A stretch of DNA of 58,214 nt from Candidatus Izemoplasmatales bacterium (GTDB taxonomy: Bacteria > Bacillota_I > Bacilli_A > Izemoplasmatales > Hujiaoplasmataceae), in the NCBI GenBank assembly GCA_050177605.1, contig JBFXGX010000010.1, positions 1-58,214 of the forward strand, written 5' to 3'. Below are positions 53,363 through 58,214 of the stretch, one piece after another. The notes beneath the pieces were generated by a model. That model was not told where the DNA came from. It searched no databases and saw only the letters and a list, made by a program, of their open reading frames with translations. Within the stretch, counting starts at the first letter, position 1, and each line of letters starts with the position of its first letter. Made by a program: the position numbers and the translations under genes.

Positions 53363-53839
53363 TTATATTCTGGCATATGAATATGATGCAATTATTTCTT
53401 GTAGAATAGTAGTGTCCATTGCTTCAACTAAGAAGACAAAACTTGTAGAATAACCAGGATCATTGTTACTTTGCATAAATATAGTATACAACTCCATTTC
53501 ACCGTCAGGAGTGGAAAAACGATAAAGTGAGAAATGTGCACCGGTTGACCCTGAATAATCACTACTAATTAGTTCAATTCGCGAATATGATTCAAAATAC
53601 TCATTGTATGCCCATTCCCCATACATTCCATGATATTCTTCAATGGCTAAACTTTCTTGGGTGTCAGAATTTATTATTGAAATCCATCCATCGCTTTCAA
53701 CGAAATCCCAATCTAGCGGAAGTTCAACTGAACCTAGTTTTTCATCAGGAATATTGACCTTTTGATAACCATTCGAATTCGAAGAACATCCTATCAAAAA
53801 AAAGACAATTATTAGAGCACATGTTATTATTTTTTTCAT
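53363..53839 (-). CDS. Lipoprotein, putative immunity
   Basis: MKKIITCALIIVFFLIGC lipobox; RBS aggagg. Confidence 0.7.
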   Translation of the reverse strand: MKKIITCALIIVFFLIGCSSNSNGYQKVNIPDEKLGSVELPLDWDFVESDGWISIINSDTQESLAIEEYHGMYGEWAYNEYFESYSRIELISSDYSGSTGAHFSLYRFSTPDGEMELYTIFMQSNNDPGYSTSFVFLVEAMDTTILQEIIASYSYARI

Positions 53840-53857
53840 ATTATCATCCTCCTTCTA

Positions 53858-56293
53858 TTAGTATATTGGGGACAAATTCGAAATTCCATATAAAATTTCA
53901 GCGAGCGATTCCGCAATAAAAGCGGTTGGATCAGAACCCCAAACAGGAACTCCTAAAGCAGCTGGGTTGCTATGATCTGGGAAAAGTCCCAAATCATATG
54001 CTATATAATGCCCTTGTAGTTCGATATACATTCCCAATTCAGTTCTTCGAGAGTTGTTAGAATAATATGTGTTCTTGAGATAATTCGCATAAAGACCTGC
54101 GGTGTAGCAACTATAAAACGAATTGCCTTCCAAATCAAAATAAAAATCAATCATGTCGATATTAGGGTCTGGGTTTGGGATAATTGTAGATGATATTTCA
54201 TCCCAATTATCTTTCACCGGTAAATAGTCACCTAAGATTATTCCTGATGCAGTATATCCTGCAAGTTCCCAGCCTTCAGAACCAAGATCCTTTGCTGTTT
54301 CATAAGCTTTCATTGCTCCATGTACAGCAAGAGTAGTCATAATTGTCACAATCAAAAAGACAAATATAGCAAATTCCCCGTCGCTGTCTGTATACATTAC
54401 TGGATTATTAGCACAATACGCAAACATATTCGTTGAAAGGATATCTCCAAATTGACCAAGTAATCCATCCGCATTGATAAATCTTCCCACTTCAGGTGTA
54501 TAATACCTGCTATTGAGATAATACCAAGAAAGTTCTTCATCGTAGCGGTATCCGCGATATCGATACGGATTGATGTCCCCAATGGTTTGGTTCGGAGTTT
54601 GATTAGTGATATTGCCATAAGCATCATAGACATAATGCACCACAACATTCCCAAAACTGTCCACAATATGTGAAATGTCGCCCATTTGGTTTCTTAGGTA
54701 GAAATATTCGGTTCCAGCATATTGATCGTTGACATTTGAATCGTAGTTGAAACTGATCAAGGTCCCATCGAAATCATACGTAAACAGTATACCATAAGTT
54801 CCGTTTGTTTCGTATATCACTTTGTCATCAATTAGCTCATAAGTAACCGTTTCAGTCAAAACAGGGGTGTAGCCAGAGAACGTGTAGAAAGCCTTCGAAG
54901 TCCGATATCCTTGGTCGTTATACTTGTAACGGATTTGATATGCAGGAGTCGAACTTCCCGACATGATCGTGATAGTACTCAATTCTCTTCCGCTCCATGA
55001 CAAGCTTGCGCCATAATAAGTGGTCCCGTTGTAAACGAAATTCGTGATATAAGTCGGGTTGCCTTGATTGTCGTAGGTGTATTGCTGAAGGGTGGCTTCC
55101 GTTTGAGGAACTCCGTTGATGTATTCAATCTCACTTTAGCTTAAGAGTTGGGCTTCCCAGTTGCTGCTGTAGTTGTAATGAAGATGTTCTTGAGGTATCG
55201 TATTGTATGGTAGTGGAGTACCCACCTTGATTACAATTCGGAATGAAATGGTGTAGTACATTCCGTCCGTTGCGGTATACTGGCGATAATAATAGCCAGC
55301 CACTGATGTGTTGAGATTATCATACGTCATTGTTGTGGTCATTCCTGAAATCGGGTACTCATGATCAAAATCCCATTCATCATAGTACGCAAATGATAAT
55401 GATGGCGTTTGACCAACATTTAGGTAATACATATTTTGATACGTTTTGTTTCCATTGTAAAGCATGTTAGCATCATATAGCCCGGAATTTGATTGGTAGT
55501 ATGATGGGGCTGTCGGTGTTATTATATCATTTTGCCCATACAAGAATGTCTTGACATCAGTTCGGTTTCCATGAGAATCATAATAGTAATATTTGGTGTA
55601 ATTTGAGGCAGACAGGGTTGTTGAACTATAGTTGTAGTCTCTACTGTCCTCTACAATCAATTGATTGAGCGCATCGTACTCATAATTTCGGTATAGCTTG
55701 AGTGTGGTTCCTTCATAGTAATACTCTCGAATAATATTTCCAAGAGAATCGTAATTGTATGAGTACTAGTAGTCTACTCCTGTCCCATTCAATTCGTAGG
55801 TGATTTGATTAATTCTGGTTGTATTGCCCGAATAAACGAAGTTTTGCTTGATGTTCAAACTACTCCAAGTCAAATTGATGTACTCAAGTCGGTATAATGC
55901 TTCATCTTCGTAATGATAGTCTTTCACCATATCAAAACCAGAAGCGGACTCATATTCGGTTTTGTCATACAAGCTCGAAGTTTGGATGCAAGCATCGTTT
56001 TCATCATACAAGAAACATTCATTATATGTGTAGTTTGTGGTAGAAGATTGGCCAACAATTTCAAAATATAAAGATGTCAAGTTTCCAGAAACATCATAGA
56101 TGTATTTGATGATGTTTCCTTCCTCATCCACCGCCTGGATCAGATGGCCGTTTGAATCATATGTATAAAACTCGCTTGCCACAACCTCATTCGTTGTCGT
56201 TTCTGGAAGCGAATTGGCGTAAGTTTGTTGTATGTTCGGAAGAAGGCTTCCGAGCATCGCGATGATGCCTAGGATTGCGAAAAAGCGTCTCAT
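53858..56293 (-). pseudogene. Internally deleted Rhs toxin gene with two in-frame stops
   Basis: Three listed ORFs share one frame, interrupted by TAG (55766) and TAA (55136); signal peptide is fused to late YD repeats; paralog of 34409-41455 (GQTPSLSF..MTT..NLNTSV.GYYYR). Confidence 0.85.
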
Positions 56294-56529
56294 TTTCCAT
56301 TGAAGTCTTGCGCAAGTGCTAATGTGAATTCTGTGCTAACTTCATGTTCTAACCATTTTTACATTGTCAATTTCTCCTTAAAAAAGGCATGCAACTTGTG
56401 TGCACACCCTAGATGTAAAGTAAAAATGATAGTAATAAACCAAACTGATATTTTCATTATATACCCCCCCGAAATATTGTCAATATTTTAAAATAAATAT
56501 TTATTATTAGTTTATTTTTTTTCATAAAA

Positions 56530-56572
56530 AAAAACGCCATCAGTCATTCCTAAAGAGCACGATGGCGTTTTT
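56530..56572 (-). terminator. Hairpin downstream of displaced rlmD tail
   Basis: aaaaacgccatc...gatggcgttttt. Confidence 0.65.
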
Positions 56573-56606
56573 GATTGTTTTTTTAGATGAATTGAATATA
56601 TACTAG

Positions 56607-56745
56607 TTAAGATTGTGAATAAGTAAGTAATGAAACTGTTTCCACGTGCGTGGAGTATAGCGGATTGCTTTCAAAACGGCACAAAACCGTTCGAATAATG
56701 TAGTCTGGTAACATATTTTGTGCCATTTGCACAAATGGAAAATGT
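56607..56745 (-). repeat. att-like junction: arm plus displaced rlmD tail STHVETVSLLTYSQS*
   Basis: Tail matches the live rlmD end; arm matches 49777-49870. Confidence 0.85.
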
Positions 56746-56987
56746 AGGGCAGTAGCATGTCAAATATGTTCCTACGATCATATTGCCTTGAAACAACTGT
56801 ATAGGCGTTTTCCAATTTTCCTACTCGTCATACATTGGGATTCTTCATAATTCTTCAATTGTTTCCTGATCAAACATAATCTTTGCCATATTCTCACCTT
56901 TTGAGTATATTTATCAAAAAATACCATGCATTGCTTCTCACACCTTTTTTGTGTGTCCACAATACAGGGTACCTTTTAGCAGTTAGC

Positions 56988-57623
56988 CTACTTTTTAATT
57001 AATAAACGATAAAGCAAAACGAACAAAATGACCAAAACCCCATATTCAATCGAAATTGAAATGACTACTTCGGTCATGGAATAACTCCCGTTATTCGGTA
57101 AAAAAGTAGCATATTGTAATAATGGAACAAGGCATAGTCCAAAAATCCATATCCACAACATTATCATCCGCTCACGGTTGATTCTTGAGAGCTTTCGATA
57201 TCCTATTTTTGCATTTCTTCCATTTTCCATAATAAAGAATGTCCCAAAGGATAAGATGACTGCCAAGAATGAGGTGATGAAAAATGGAACAAATTCATCG
57301 CCTCTAAACCACCCGGAAAAACCTAGACAAGCGATAAAAACGCCAACAGAAAGAAGAACAGTTGAAATAATAATCGCATTTCTTATTCCGAAATCAATCT
57401 CCTTTGTAGACGACTCCGTTGTTTCATTGACGGATCCCATCAATTCATCAGGTGAAATTCCCAAGGCAAGGGACAGGTTGTTTATGGACGCCAATTCCGG
57501 CAGCCCCCTCCCCGTCTCCCATTTCGAGATTGTCTTGCTGCTAACAAATAATATATCAGCAAGTTCTTGTTGGGTCAAATTCTTCTCTCTTCTTTTATTC
57601 CTAATCAACACATCAATTTTCAT
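56988..57623 (-). CDS. XRE-family HTH regulator with C-terminal TM helices
   Basis: LTQQELADILFVSSKTISKWETGRGLP plus about four TM segments. Confidence 0.85.
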   Translation of the reverse strand: MKIDVLIRNKRREKNLTQQELADILFVSSKTISKWETGRGLPELASINNLSLALGISPDELMGSVNETTESSTKEIDFGIRNAIIISTVLLSVGVFIACLGFSGWFRGDEFVPFFITSFLAVILSFGTFFIMENGRNAKIGYRKLSRINRERMIMLWIWIFGLCLVPLLQYATFLPNNGSYSMTEVVISISIEYGVLVILFVLLYRLLIKK

Positions 57624-58047
57624 ATGAATCCTCCTTCAATTCCGACTCTATTATATCGAAATATTCCACAACTTCAACCTACGATTCGTAGGAAAACTCT
57701 ACTCCTTATGCATAATTCGAATCCGAGCATGTAAGAACTATGATACACGCTCGAGACTTGCAAAGGTAGAAGAATAATTCAACAAGATGAACGGATTAGT
57801 TGAAATTAAATCAGTATATATAAATGAAATCATGTCCATACAAAGCATATCATTTAAGAGATAGGTATGCAAGTGAATTTCTGAGTTCCAGTTGAACTCA
57901 TACTCACAGGAAAACATGTTCCCACAAAATCCGAAATTGGCTCGTAAAGAGAAAAAGCGCCATTCAACCTTAAGACGGGTTCAATGGCGTCATTAATAGT
58001 TATTTCTGACTATATTACTCAAAATCATATGATTGTTTATAGGAAAA

Positions 58048-58214
58048 TCACGGAAGTGAATAGGAAAGCAATGAGACGGATTCCACATGATTCGTTTGTG
58101 GAAACATATCCACTGGTTGTACAGCATGCATTGTATAACCATTTTTAACAAGCTCTACAACATCGGATGCTAATGTTTCTGGATTACAGGATATATAAAC
58201 AAATTTCTTTGGTT
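58048..58214 (-). CDS. rlmD: 23S rRNA (uracil-5)-methyltransferase RlmD/RumA, 3' end (5' part outside window; not in ORF track)
   Basis: [17 protein letters not shown]...[24 protein letters not shown] (SCNP and DMFPxTxHVE motifs). Confidence 0.9.
   Translation of the reverse strand, partial: PKKFVYISCNPETLASDVVELVKNGYTMHAVQPVDMFPQTNHVESVSLLSYSLP

Noticed and set aside
55136..55768. Programmed stop-codon readthrough in the second Rhs
   Set aside because: The two stops are different (TAG and TAA) and both terminate normal genes in the window; point mutation is simpler.
56603..56960. ORFs 56603-56815 and 56778-56960 as real genes
   Set aside because: They overlap the att arm and rlmD tail in other frames. 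An RBS-led frame (MAKIMFDQETIEEL*) is broken by stops and I cannot identify it.

Overview
AT-rich bacterial window using the standard code (TGA is a normal stop). The gene content suggests a small-genome Bacillota such as Acholeplasmatales/Izemoplasmatales (inference). The backbone holds a liv and a polar amino-acid ABC transporter, luxE-luxC-YwaF, a heliorhodopsin, GNATs and a tocopherol-cyclase-family gene. Two accessory regions interrupt it. (1) 2.6-9.8 kb is bounded by IS1595 ends and carries SWIM, an AAA ATPase, a recombinase remnant and an orphan Rhs toxin/immunity module. (2) 29.8-58.1 kb lies between the cyclase gene and the 3' end of rlmD (rumA), which is missing from the ORF track. 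It contains four displaced copies of the rlmD 3' tail (S-x-H-V-E motif), each joined to a conserved arm that is symmetric about the His codon. This is a tandem array of integrase-less cassettes carrying Rhs toxins and immunity genes, AbiE, an S66 peptidase, HNH/TIGR04141, and an RRNPP-like regulator with an unannotated secreted peptide. Nested inside it, two Rhs toxin-tip/lipoprotein-immunity cassettes (about 1179 and 1260 bp) sit exactly at the NNPVM codons. Their joined ends would form the same 22-bp inverted repeat, ATACATTACT-GG-AGTAATGTAT, suggesting a site-specific toxin-tip swapping system.
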